A stretch of DNA of 57,673 nucleotides from NCBI GenBank assembly GCA_947306225.1, contig CAMZFW010000001.1:1-57673 (forward strand), given 5' to 3'. Under the pieces are notes generated by a model. The model ran no database searches. It worked only from the letters and a program-made list of their open reading frames with translations, and was not told where the DNA came from. A program made the translations under genes and the position numbers. Source of the stretch: an uncultured Bacteroidales bacterium. GTDB lineage: Bacteria; Bacteroidota; Bacteroidia; Bacteroidales; P3. Shown here piece by piece: positions 1-9,054 of this stretch (positions within the stretch are counted from its first letter, which is position 1; every line of letters begins with the position of its first letter).

Positions 1-1035
1 GAAGGCGATGTCGAAGGGGTTGGTGGTGATGCTGTCGGCACCGGCAATGGCGGCGCTCATGGTCTCGGTGGTGGTGCGGAGCATGTTGACGTAGGGGTCG
101 TAGACCGACTTGTTCCACAGCGAACTGGTGGCGTTGATGAACACTTTGTAGCAGCAGTCGCAGTCGGGTTTGTACTGTTCGACAATCTTGCTCCAGAGCA
201 GGCGTGCGGCACGGATTTTGGCAATTTCCATGAAGTAGTTGCTGCCAGTGGCGAAGTTGAACACCAGACGGGTGGCAACGTCCTTGACATCGAGGCCGAG
301 GTCGGTGAGGTGGGCCAGCAGGTCGTTGGCGGCGGCAAGAGTGAAGCCGAGTTCCTGCACGATGTTGGAGCCGGCGTTGTGGATATGGCGGCCGTTGACG
401 GCAAGCACACGGAACTTGGGCAGGTAGGCCTTGGCGTATTCGACAAGTTCCTTAGCCTCTTGGTAGCATTGCTCCTCGCCACCCTTAAACTGGCCGTGGA
501 GCAGGGCGCGGCCGTAGATGTCGTAGTTGATGCTACCTTCAATCTTTTCGGGGTCGTAACCGCCTTGTTTGGCAACTTCGACAAAGAGCTTCAGTGTCTC
601 GATGGCATGTTTGCCACAGGTGAAGTTCACCTTGCAGGCTTCGAGGTGGATGCCATTGAGTAGGCGCTGCATATCGTCGACGTTCTTCACCTTGCAGGGG
701 CAGAGTCCGATGCTGTTGGCACCGCGTTCGAGGGCTTCGATGGCCAGGGCGTTGGCTTCTTCGATGCTGTCGGCACTGACGTCTTGGCGGATGTCCCAGA
801 CATTGTTGTCAGCATGTTTGCCACGGGTAAAAGGAGCCTGGCTGGGGTTGCTGTCGAGATACTCAATATGCTCCAGGTCCTCGGCACGGTAGTAGGGCTT
901 GACTTTGAAACCTTCGATGGTCTTCCATACAAGTTTCTTCTCATAGTCGGCACCTTTGAGGTCTTTGTTGATGACTTCTTCCCATTTTTCGGTCGATACT
1001 GGTGGGAACTCGCTGAACAATTTGTTGTCTTCCAT
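1..1035 (-). CDS. mutA: methylmalonyl-CoA mutase small (beta) subunit, N-terminal 345 codons; the gene runs off the left edge
   Basis: Absent from the ORF track because it has no stop in the window. Reverse translation from ATG (cat at 1033..1035) gives MEDNKLFSEFPPVSTEKWEEVINKDLKGADYEKKLVWKTIEGFKVKPYYRAEDLEHIEYL..., a typical Bacteroidales MutA N-terminus. The frame is open to base 1. Track ORFs 57..584, 310..663, 569..892, 687..953 and 784..1128 are other frames of this gene. Confidence 0.85.
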   Translation of the reverse strand, partial: MEDNKLFSEFPPVSTEKWEEVINKDLKGADYEKKLVWKTIEGFKVKPYYRAEDLEHIEYLDSNPSQAPFTRGKHADNNVWDIRQDVSADSIEEANALAIEALERGANSIGLCPCKVKNVDDMQRLLNGIHLEACKVNFTCGKHAIETLKLFVEVAKQGGYDPEKIEGSINYDIYGRALLHGQFKGGEEQCYQEAKELVEYAKAYLPKFRVLAVNGRHIHNAGSNIVQELGFTLAAANDLLAHLTDLGLDVKDVATRLVFNFATGSNYFMEIAKIRAARLLWSKIVEQYKPDCDCCYKVFINATSSLWNKSVYDPYVNMLRTTTETMSAAIAGADSITTNPFDIAF

Positions 1036-1071
1036 TATGTTGTGTTTTTTTATTTTCTATATGTTAAAAAG

Positions 1072-1079
1072 CAAAGATA
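1072..1079 (-). promoter_or_regulatory. Bacteroidetes -7 promoter box (TATCTTTG on minus strand) upstream of mutA
   Basis: Plus strand reads caaagata, whose reverse complement TATCTTTG matches TAnnTTTG. It lies about 37 nt upstream of the mutA ATG. Confidence 0.5.
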
Positions 1080-1249
1080 CAACTTTTTTTTAAATACAGA
1101 CGTTTTTTTCATTTTTTGTGGCTCGTAATAGGTGAAAAGCCCATTGTTTTGAGGCTACAAGTGTTGTCGTTTTACCGTCAATAAATATATGCCTCGACAT
1201 ACTATTTTGAGAAGTTTGACGTTATTGGAAATGAAAAAGTAATGCAGTC

Positions 1250-4200
1250 ATGGGTCTGTTGAGGCGGTCGTTATATGTTATCATCACAATGCTGATTATT
1301 GCTGGCGGTTCTGTGCAAGGGCAGTCAGTGGGCGGCTATTTGTATGAGACAGGTGTGGATGCGACGCTGTGGGTTGACATGGGGAATGCGCAGCGATATA
1401 CGGATCCAACGCAGATGATAGACTTGGGATTTGAATTTTACTTTTGCGGTTACTATTATCGGCAATTGTCTATAGACTGGACAGGTACAATAGGTTTTGA
1501 CCCCATATCTGAGAGTAGTTTTTTTAATACGATACCTCCTTTGATAGACCCATACGGAGTAGTATTGTCTGCTGTGTTGGTGCAATGGACTGTGGTGGGT
1601 GTAGCGGGCAGTCGAAAGTGTGTGATTGAATATGAGATATACGTTGATGTAGAGGACCGTCGTCCGATTCAGGTGCAGCTTTCGGAACAGGATGGCAGCA
1701 TATTGTTCCTGTATGGTAATAGGGAATACGCTTATCAGTCTATACCTTTCTGGATAGGATTTAAAGGTGAAAATGGCACGACTGTCAATGTGAACATGCA
1801 CAATCAGGTGGGTTCGGAGGTGATAGAATGGCTGACCGGTTTTGGCGATTGGCCTGGCGAGAACCGCTACTATCGATTTGTACCCGAATCGATTCCGTGT
1901 TGTTTCTCTCCAAACAGGGTGAATGTGCGCCATGTCACCGAAGAGCAGGCTACTGTTAATTGGAGGTTCTCAAATAGGGCACCCATGTATGAGTTTAGCT
2001 ATCGCCAAGCTGAAACCAATCAGGAGTGGACGACGGTAATCTCAGCCGATACCAATGTGTTGCTCTATGACTTGCTTCCACAGACGGATTATGAATATAG
2101 TGTACGTTCGATTTGCAGTCCAAGGTGTTCCAGTGATAGTGTGAAGGGTACTTTTAAGACAATGTGTATGTTAGATGCGGTCAACCAAATCAATTTTGCT
2201 GACTTGTACACTGACAATGTTATTTGCCGCATAGGCAACTATCTGAATCCGTCGATAGGTGTGAGGGTTGTCGACTATGGTTATGATAATCCCATCTCGC
2301 GCCACACCGTTCACACTGACACGTCTGAACGAGATTCGCTCACGGGGTCGTTGTTGCGTACTATACCTGAAGGTCGCTGTCGGTCGGTACGGTTGGGCAA
2401 TCGTTTTAGTAGAGCTGAGGAGGAGTCGATAACTTATATCCTTAAAGTGGACACTAATTTGTATGACCTGCTTTTGCTCCGTTATGCCATTGTGGAAGAG
2501 GAACCAGGACACGAGAGTGAATACCAACCCAAATTTATCATGAGGGTACTGGACTCGGCGGGTGTATTAGTAGACAGTTGTTACTATGCCAATTTTGTGG
2601 CCGGGAGAGGGGACGACATGTGGCATTCGGGAATGGGTATTGTGGTGTGGCGCGACTGGACGACAGTGGGCATCGACCTGACTCCCTTGCACGGAAAAAC
2701 CATCTATGTGATGTTGGACAATTATGACTGTTCACAAGGGGCTCATTTCGGCTATACCTATTTCACGTTGGAGAGTGGATTCAAGCAGTTGCAGTCAGCC
2801 TATTGTGGTAATACTGACACCAATATATTCTATGCACCCAAGGGCTTCTCGTATCGGTGGTATCGTGCCGATAGGGAGGATAGTACACTTAGTAGGGCAG
2901 ATTCGCTACTGGTGGTGGGAGAGGGAGTGTATAGGTGTCGAGCCTCGTTTGTTAATAGCGACAGCAGTTGTGGGGTTACGATGACCACACATGCGGGCAC
3001 TCGTTTCCCCATGGCAGCGTTCTCGGTTGTGGCAAAAGACACTTGCGGCTATTCGTTCAAATTTGAAAATCATAGTGTCGTCACTCGTGACGAAGCACAT
3101 ACCCAGCGACTCAATGAGGCATGTGAACAATATCTATGGCGTTTCGGGGACGGGGCGGAATCGTCAGCCATCAATCCGACTCATGATTTCGAGACTGGCA
3201 CATACGACGTGGAGTTGGTGGCAATGCTTGCTAATGGGCAGTGCCGTGACTCGGTGAGGCAGACCATAGTGGCCAATCATGTGAGTGACACGGTGTATGA
3301 TACGATTTGTGTGGGCGGGACGTATAATTTCCACAATGTGAATTTTAATCGGGCAGGATTCTATACGGTTGATGTGGGCTGTTGGCGACATGCACTGCAA
3401 CTATCCCTTCAACAGTATTTCTATCAGGAAAAGGAGGATACGGTGTGCCAAGGCGAGGCTTATCAGTTTTGCGATGAATGGTTTGATTCTGCAGGAGTAT
3501 ACGAATTGCACCTTACATCGGTAGAGGGGTGCGACTCGTCGTATCTTTTGACATTGACGACTCACCCGCTGCCGGTTAGCAGTTATGAGATTGCAATGGC
3601 GTGTCAAGAGATGCTATATTACTATCTTAAAGGAACCTATCGCATGGCTGACCAGTCGATGGAGGAGCCTGGAAGTGTGGCTTTTGTTGGAGAGGACGGA
3701 CTGCTGTACCGGTGGAGTGCTTCCTCTGCCATTGCATCGCTGCCTTATCTGACAGAGGATGGCGAAGTGCGTATAGCACCGAGGCAGCCGACCACCTATT
3801 ATGTGCAATGTGAGTATATGGAGGGGCTTGCATGTCCAGTGGTGGACACCATCGAACTACTACCATTGAAAGAAGTTGTCGCCGCTCTAGAGGTGTCACC
3901 CGAATGGTTGGGGTATGACAAAATGGATATAACAGCCATCGACCGTAGCCGCCCTGCTGTGGGCAGACGGTGGCTAGTGGATGATGAAGAACAGGACGAA
4001 GATGGGCCCTTGTTCTATTTCGAAGCCTCTTCGGATGCGGACAGCGTGAAGGTGGCAGTGGTGGCATATAATGATGTTTGCATCGATACGGCGGAGAAGG
4101 TTGTTCCTGTTTTGCGTCACCTACTGATGTTTCCCAATGTGTTCACCCCATCACTTGCCACAAACAACCGTTTTGGTCCCATTGGGTTTGGTATCACAGA

Positions 4201-4387
4201 TTACGAACTGTGGATATATGACCGTCGTGGTGCCTTGGTGTTTCATAGTACCGATATGGAAGAACAGTGGGATGGAACATGCAATGGAATCCCACTAAGA
4301 CAGGAGGCTTATGCGTATACTTGCAGCTACACTACCCCCACCCATGACCGCCTGACGACAACAGGCACTGTGACGTTGTTGCGGTAG
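1250..4387 (+). CDS. large secreted protein with FN3-like and PKD-like modules and a T9SS type B (gliding-motility-associated) C-terminal sorting domain
   Basis: 1045-aa ORF with a hydrophobic N-terminal signal (MGLLRRSLYVIITMLIIAGGSVQG). FN3-like stretch PNRVNVRHVTEEQATVNW...YEYSVRSIC. PKD-like stretch YLWRFGDGAESSAINPTHDFETGTYDVELV. The C-terminus FPNVFTPS..NNRFGP...YELWIYDRRGALVF....WDGTCNG......YAY matches the type B CTD pattern. Confidence 0.85.
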   Translation: MGLLRRSLYVIITMLIIAGGSVQGQSVGGYLYETGVDATLWVDMGNAQRYTDPTQMIDLGFEFYFCGYYYRQLSIDWTGTIGFDPISESSFFNTIPPLIDPYGVVLSAVLVQWTVVGVAGSRKCVIEYEIYVDVEDRRPIQVQLSEQDGSILFLYGNREYAYQSIPFWIGFKGENGTTVNVNMHNQVGSEVIEWLTGFGDWPGENRYYRFVPESIPCCFSPNRVNVRHVTEEQATVNWRFSNRAPMYEFSYRQAETNQEWTTVISADTNVLLYDLLPQTDYEYSVRSICSPRCSSDSVKGTFKTMCMLDAVNQINFADLYTDNVICRIGNYLNPSIGVRVVDYGYDNPISRHTVHTDTSERDSLTGSLLRTIPEGRCRSVRLGNRFSRAEEESITYILKVDTNLYDLLLLRYAIVEEEPGHESEYQPKFIMRVLDSAGVLVDSCYYANFVAGRGDDMWHSGMGIVVWRDWTTVGIDLTPLHGKTIYVMLDNYDCSQGAHFGYTYFTLESGFKQLQSAYCGNTDTNIFYAPKGFSYRWYRADREDSTLSRADSLLVVGEGVYRCRASFVNSDSSCGVTMTTHAGTRFPMAAFSVVAKDTCGYSFKFENHSVVTRDEAHTQRLNEACEQYLWRFGDGAESSAINPTHDFETGTYDVELVAMLANGQCRDSVRQTIVANHVSDTVYDTICVGGTYNFHNVNFNRAGFYTVDVGCWRHALQLSLQQYFYQEKEDTVCQGEAYQFCDEWFDSAGVYELHLTSVEGCDSSYLLTLTTHPLPVSSYEIAMACQEMLYYYLKGTYRMADQSMEEPGSVAFVGEDGLLYRWSASSAIASLPYLTEDGEVRIAPRQPTTYYVQCEYMEGLACPVVDTIELLPLKEVVAALEVSPEWLGYDKMDITAIDRSRPAVGRRWLVDDEEQDEDGPLFYFEASSDADSVKVAVVAYNDVCIDTAEKVVPVLRHLLMFPNVFTPSLATNNRFGPIGFGITDYELWIYDRRGALVFHSTDMEEQWDGTCNGIPLRQEAYAYTCSYTTPTHDRLTTTGTVTLLR

Positions 4388-4393
4388 GGACAA

Positions 4394-7300
4394 TCAGCAA
4401 GGGCTTACATGGCAATGGTCGGGGCCGATGTAGAGGAGAAAGCCTTTGACATTGTTGGAATGGGTGATGGCAGCGATGGCCTGGCAATAGCGAGTGACCT
4501 GAGTGCGGTGTTCGTTGCGGTATTCGCCACTCTTGAAATCAATGACCCACGTTTCGGAAGGTGTGTAGACGATGCGGTCGGGGCGCAATACTTCGCCTTG
4601 CCATACAAGACTGCATTCGTTCATGCAACGGTTGGCAGGGTCGAAGAATCGAGCCACCTCTTCTTGCTGCATCATGTAGCGTAAAGTGTCGCCCAACAGG
4701 GTTGCCTCATCCTCTTGCATAGGATGGAGCGTAAGATAGTTGTCCAAGACTTTGTCGGCCTCGTCACGGTGGTGGATTTGGGCTAATAGGTCGTGCAACT
4801 GATTGCCACGACGTTTGGCAGTCTCGTCCAATTCACCAAATAGGGCTGACGACTGGTCGGCAATGGCTATGCGTGGTATCCATTCGGGATAGCTCAGCGT
4901 CTGCAGCGGGATGTTGATATTGGTGGATGCCTTCTCGTCGGTCTGCTGTTTGGGATTGTCGTCGCCTAGCGCATACACTTGTGTGCGCACCTCGTGGACA
5001 TCGGTGCAAGTGGCAAGGTAGTCTTGCAGAAGGCTGGCGTAGTCGTTACCGCCGCTCTTTTTCGGTGCTTGGCAATAGACTAGGAGTTTCTCACGTGGCC
5101 GGGTAAGGGCGACGTAGAGGACGTTGATGCGGTCCATGTCGCTCTTGCTCAGTTCGTCGTCGTATTCCTTATCGAAGAAGGTCTGCTGTTCCTTGCTAGG
5201 ACGTACCAGCCCTGCTGGCAGAGGCAGTCCGCTCCCTTCGTCGATGTGTACCCAGATGTTGTCCTGTTGGTTGCGTTTGGTAAGGATGGGGTAGATGATG
5301 ATGGGTGCTTCCAGCCCTTTGGCCTTGTGAATGGTCATTAGGCGCACGGCATCGAGGTCGGTGGCGGTGCTGGTGGAGAGGCGGTCTTTCTGCTCGTCGA
5401 ACCATTCCACGAACTCCGACATGTCCTGCCGATGGTTGGCACTATATTTGGCCACCACGTTGAGGAAGGTGGCTGTGTAGGCGGTCTCGATGCCGTTGAG
5501 ACGGAGCATACGCAAAGCCTCTTCGCAGCAGTCGTACAGTCCAAGGTGTCGCAGGCGGTCGCAACGTAGTGTCAACCCCTCATCTTCCAACAGCTCGTCG
5601 AGGCTGGGCAACGGGGTGGTGCGCGCAGTTAGAAAAGCGTCGGAAAAGTCACGTTGCACGATACCGAGACTGCGGAGATATGTCAGCACACGGGCAGCGG
5701 CAACGCGGTCGCTGCCGTCAATCAGGTATTGCAATAGGCTGCGCAATAGCATCACCACCCGGCTCTGCGTCAGCAGAAATGATTCGCTCGACACCACCGG
5801 CACCCTGTTTTCGGTAAGGAAGAGGGAAGTCTCGGAGAGGGTGCGCTTGTCGCGCGCCAGCAGGGTGATGTCGCGGTAGTTGTAGCCGAGTTCGTCCACC
5901 TGCCGACGGATGTCGCTGAGCATCTCCTGCCACAGAGGCTCGTGGCCGTCGTCCAAGTCCCAGAAACCTAGCTGCACATAGCCGCTCTCCCTTACAGGAG
6001 TCTGTGCCAGGTCGGGGCGGTCGCCCTTGTCGTTGCCTAAGTAGATGGTGTTTAGCTCGGCATTCTCACTGTAGCGATTGCGGATGGCCCATTCAAAGAA
6101 GGCATTGTTGAACTCCACAATGGTGCGTCCGGTGCGGAAATTCTTGTCCAAGTGTGTGACTGTGCTCACGCCGGGTTGCTCAAGCAAATGTCCGTGCAGG
6201 GCACTGTCCACATGCGGTAGCGACATGAACTGTTCCACGTCGCCTTGACGGAAACGGTATATGGCCTGCTTGCCATCGCCCACCACTAGTGATGTGTGGT
6301 CGGAGGCAACACCGTTTTCCACCAACGGCACTAGATTGAGCCACTGCATTCGAGAAGTGTCTTGGAATTCGTCGATAAGGTAGTTCCAGTAGCGATTGCC
6401 AAGCCGCTCGTAGATGAATGGGGCAGGTTCGTCGCGCACCACGTCGGCGATGCGCTTGTTGAACTCAGAGATGTGTACTATCTCGTTTTCGTGGGCGTAA
6501 CCTTCCACCAGTTCGCCCAACTTGTTGAGCAGGGCAAGCGAATAGATATTCTTCAGTAGCAGTCGGCGCGTGTTATACAGCGTTCCTTCGCTGTCGTGTA
6601 GCTGCCGGTAGCGTTGGTACAGTTCCTGTAGGCGTGGCTTTGTCGCCTCTAGGGCATCGCGTGTGGAGGGGCTGCATTTGCTGCCACCCAATTTGTCGCC
6701 TTCCAAATAGGCAAGGGCGTATGTGTTGGGTTCGTCCAGCACTCCTTCAGAGAGCTTACGAAAGAAGGATCCCGCCCCCTTGTTGCCATAGTAGAAATCT
6801 GCCACTGACAGCCCAGCGTCGGCAATGATGCCCATCGCTTCGCCGCCTAGGTCGCGTAGCAGCCCTTCGTAGTGGCGGTTGGCGGCAATCATCTGGTGCT
6901 GGATGTCGCTGAATTGGGCTGTGTCGATATGGCGAAGTGCCTTTAGAAACACTTCCGACTGCTCTTTGAACAGCTCCTCCGCGAGCTCTGCCAGCTCGCG
7001 CTCCACCATATAGCTTTTGCCTTCGTTCATGCGGCTCTCGGCAAATTCGCATAGCATCTGGGTCAGTTCTTCCTGTCCCTCGGTGCCAGCCAGTGCCATC
7101 AGTTCGTCCACTGCGTTTTGTACTAAGTCGTCCTTTTCGATATACACGTCGAAGTTGAGGGGTAGGTTCAGGTCGTGGGCAAAGGTGCGCACGATGCGGT
7201 GCATGAAACTATCGATGGTGCATACGGCAAGGTCGGAATAGTTGTGCAGTATGGCCTGCCGCACCGTGGCGGCATAGCGGCGCAGGGTGCTGTCGGGCAG

Positions 7301-7558
7301 GTCGAGCCGGTGGGCAAGGTCGCAACCCATTGGGCATTCGGCACCGTAGTCGGCAATGTTGTCCAACTCGTGCAGTATGCGCTCCTTCATCTCATTGGCG
7401 GCCTTGTTGGTGAAGGTGATGGCAAGAATGTGTGTGAAACGTTGGGAGACCTGGCTTTCTGGTGCTGAGAATGCCAGTTCCAGATATTGGCGCACCAGCG
7501 TGTAAGTCTTGCCCGACCCCGCTGCCGCCCTGCATATAATAAAACGGCTGCTGTCCAT
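4394..7558 (-). CDS. UvrD/AddA-type ATP-dependent helicase fused to a C-terminal PD-(D/E)XK nuclease
   Basis: Walker A AAAGSGKTYTL near the N-terminus and UvrD motifs (DEFQDTS, VGDGKQAIYRFRQ, TIHKAKGLE). C-terminal DRIVY....VIDFKSGE nuclease motif. The track start at 7570 is TTG; the first ATG (MDSSRF) is at 7558. Confidence 0.85.
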   Translation of the reverse strand: MDSSRFIICRAAAGSGKTYTLVRQYLELAFSAPESQVSQRFTHILAITFTNKAANEMKERILHELDNIADYGAECPMGCDLAHRLDLPDSTLRRYAATVRQAILHNYSDLAVCTIDSFMHRIVRTFAHDLNLPLNFDVYIEKDDLVQNAVDELMALAGTEGQEELTQMLCEFAESRMNEGKSYMVERELAELAEELFKEQSEVFLKALRHIDTAQFSDIQHQMIAANRHYEGLLRDLGGEAMGIIADAGLSVADFYYGNKGAGSFFRKLSEGVLDEPNTYALAYLEGDKLGGSKCSPSTRDALEATKPRLQELYQRYRQLHDSEGTLYNTRRLLLKNIYSLALLNKLGELVEGYAHENEIVHISEFNKRIADVVRDEPAPFIYERLGNRYWNYLIDEFQDTSRMQWLNLVPLVENGVASDHTSLVVGDGKQAIYRFRQGDVEQFMSLPHVDSALHGHLLEQPGVSTVTHLDKNFRTGRTIVEFNNAFFEWAIRNRYSENAELNTIYLGNDKGDRPDLAQTPVRESGYVQLGFWDLDDGHEPLWQEMLSDIRRQVDELGYNYRDITLLARDKRTLSETSLFLTENRVPVVSSESFLLTQSRVVMLLRSLLQYLIDGSDRVAAARVLTYLRSLGIVQRDFSDAFLTARTTPLPSLDELLEDEGLTLRCDRLRHLGLYDCCEEALRMLRLNGIETAYTATFLNVVAKYSANHRQDMSEFVEWFDEQKDRLSTSTATDLDAVRLMTIHKAKGLEAPIIIYPILTKRNQQDNIWVHIDEGSGLPLPAGLVRPSKEQQTFFDKEYDDELSKSDMDRINVLYVALTRPREKLLVYCQAPKKSGGNDYASLLQDYLATCTDVHEVRTQVYALGDDNPKQQTDEKASTNINIPLQTLSYPEWIPRIAIADQSSALFGELDETAKRRGNQLHDLLAQIHHRDEADKVLDNYLTLHPMQEDEATLLGDTLRYMMQQEEVARFFDPANRCMNECSLVWQGEVLRPDRIVYTPSETWVIDFKSGEYRNEHRTQVTRYCQAIAAITHSNNVKGFLLYIGPDHCHVSPC

Positions 7559-7567
7559 AACAATTTG

Positions 7568-7575
7568 CAAAAGTA
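7568..7575 (-). promoter_or_regulatory. -7 promoter box (TACTTTTG on minus strand) abutting the helicase start codon
   Basis: Plus strand caaaagta. The box ends 9 nt before the ATG at 7558, implying a very short leader or a leaderless mRNA. Confidence 0.45.
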
Positions 7576-7716
7576 CGAAAAAAATATCACATATCCATTA
7601 TTGGACGCAAAATGTTGTTTTTTGTCATACGTAGACATTTCCTCTACTGCCTTTTGAACAGGAGAAGATCTTAGAGGTGTAAAAACAAAACGGGGGGATG
7701 ATGGGTAGATTAGGGG

Positions 7717-9054
7717 TTAGCGGGAGTAGACGGGGGAGGGTGTGGGTGACACTTCGACGGTGAGCACAAGGCGGGTATGCGGTGTGAGGCGATGGGGGTG
7801 GCTGGTACGACGCCCCACAATCCAAAGTATGCTGTCGGTAGCATCGACTAGGAGAAGTTGCGCCTGCTTGTCGGGGAGACTGTATTTGTGGTCGGAGAAG
7901 TAGTCGCTGATGAGTTGGGTGCCGTGCGTCATGCCGAGGGGTTGGAAGCGGTCGCCCGCCTGCCAGTGACGCAGGCGCAGAGGCAGAGTGACGGTATCGG
8001 CATCAAAGGCTGCTTGGTGGGGCGGCAGTTGTTTGGGATTGAAGCCGTCGGGCGAGGTGGTGCCGACGGTGATAGTGGGCAGGGTGTCGGGCTGCGCGTG
8101 GTAGGGAATCAGTATCAGGCAGTCGCGGTCGCGGAAGGCTGTGTGAGTAGGGGAGTGGTAGGTTTTGCCAGGCTGGATGGTGCCGAGAATGTTGGTGACG
8201 GTGGCTGCGTTGAAGCCGTAGGGTTTCAACAGCTCGAAGTAGAGTTGCTGGCGCAGCTGGGGCGATGAATGGGCATCTAGTGGGGTGGGCAGGGTGTCGG
8301 CGAGGTCGATGAGAATGCTGCCGTCGGGCTGGGGATGCGTGAGCTGCTGTAGCAGGGGAGTGAGGAGGGCTTGGTAGAGTCGTTCGGTGGATTGGAGGTG
8401 TAGCACGGTCTGTTGCAAGGTGTGGTCGGCAGCGGGCTGTAGTTGCCGTAATAGCGGCAAGAGCAGGTGGCGCACTTGGTTGCGTTGGTAGTCGAGAGAG
8501 GCATTGGTGATGTCTTCGACGTGGGCGAGGTGGTGTTGGGCGGCGTAGGCTTCGATGTCGTTGCGCCCGAAGGGAAGCAGGGGGCGGACGATGTGACCCT
8601 GCACGGGCAGTATGCCGTGAAGCCCAGAGAGGCCTGTGCCACGTAGGAGGTTGATGAAGAAGGTCTCGGTGGAGTCGTCGCGATGGTGGGCGGTGAGGAT
8701 GGCAGCGTAGGCATGCTGTTGGCGCAACTGCTCGAAGTAGTCGTAGCGCAGCTGGCGAGCCGCCTGTTCGATGCTTTGGTGGTGGCGTGCGGCGTAGGCT
8801 TGGGTGTCGAACTGCGCCACATGGACGGTAACGGAGTATGTATCGGCAAGTTGCCGGACGAATGCTTCGTCGCGGTCGCAGTCGGAAGGGCGGAGGTGGA
8901 AGTTGCAGTGGGCTATGGCAAAGGGATAGCCGGCGGAGTGCATGAGGTGGGTGAGGACCACGGAGTCGATGCCGCCACTAACAGCGAGCAGCACCTGCTG
9001 CCCTGTTGGGAAGAGGTGCTGCTGCTGAATGTGTGCTATGAACGCCTGTAGCAC
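7717..9054 (-). CDS. tilS: tRNA(Ile)-lysidine synthetase
   Basis: 445-aa ORF with PP-loop SGGIDS 25 residues from the start, then HCNFHLR and TAHHRDD motifs. The start codon is GTG (cac at 9052..9054), directly after the stop of the upstream giant gene. Confidence 0.9.
   Translation of the reverse strand: MLQAFIAHIQQQHLFPTGQQVLLAVSGGIDSVVLTHLMHSAGYPFAIAHCNFHLRPSDCDRDEAFVRQLADTYSVTVHVAQFDTQAYAARHHQSIEQAARQLRYDYFEQLRQQHAYAAILTAHHRDDSTETFFINLLRGTGLSGLHGILPVQGHIVRPLLPFGRNDIEAYAAQHHLAHVEDITNASLDYQRNQVRHLLLPLLRQLQPAADHTLQQTVLHLQSTERLYQALLTPLLQQLTHPQPDGSILIDLADTLPTPLDAHSSPQLRQQLYFELLKPYGFNAATVTNILGTIQPGKTYHSPTHTAFRDRDCLILIPYHAQPDTLPTITVGTTSPDGFNPKQLPPHQAAFDADTVTLPLRLRHWQAGDRFQPLGMTHGTQLISDYFSDHKYSLPDKQAQLLLVDATDSILWIVGRRTSHPHRLTPHTRLVLTVEVSPTPSPVYSR

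Noticed and set aside
57-1128. Five listed ORFs in the first 1.1 kb
   Set aside because: They are alternative frames of the partial mutA gene. The mutA frame is missing from the track only because it has no stop codon inside the window.
4394-7558. The helicase-nuclease as a stand-alone phage-defence gene
   Set aside because: Its architecture matches the recombination-repair AddA/RecB type. There are no adjacent accessory genes (methylase, ATPase, effector), no mobile-element context and no compositional anomaly that I can see.
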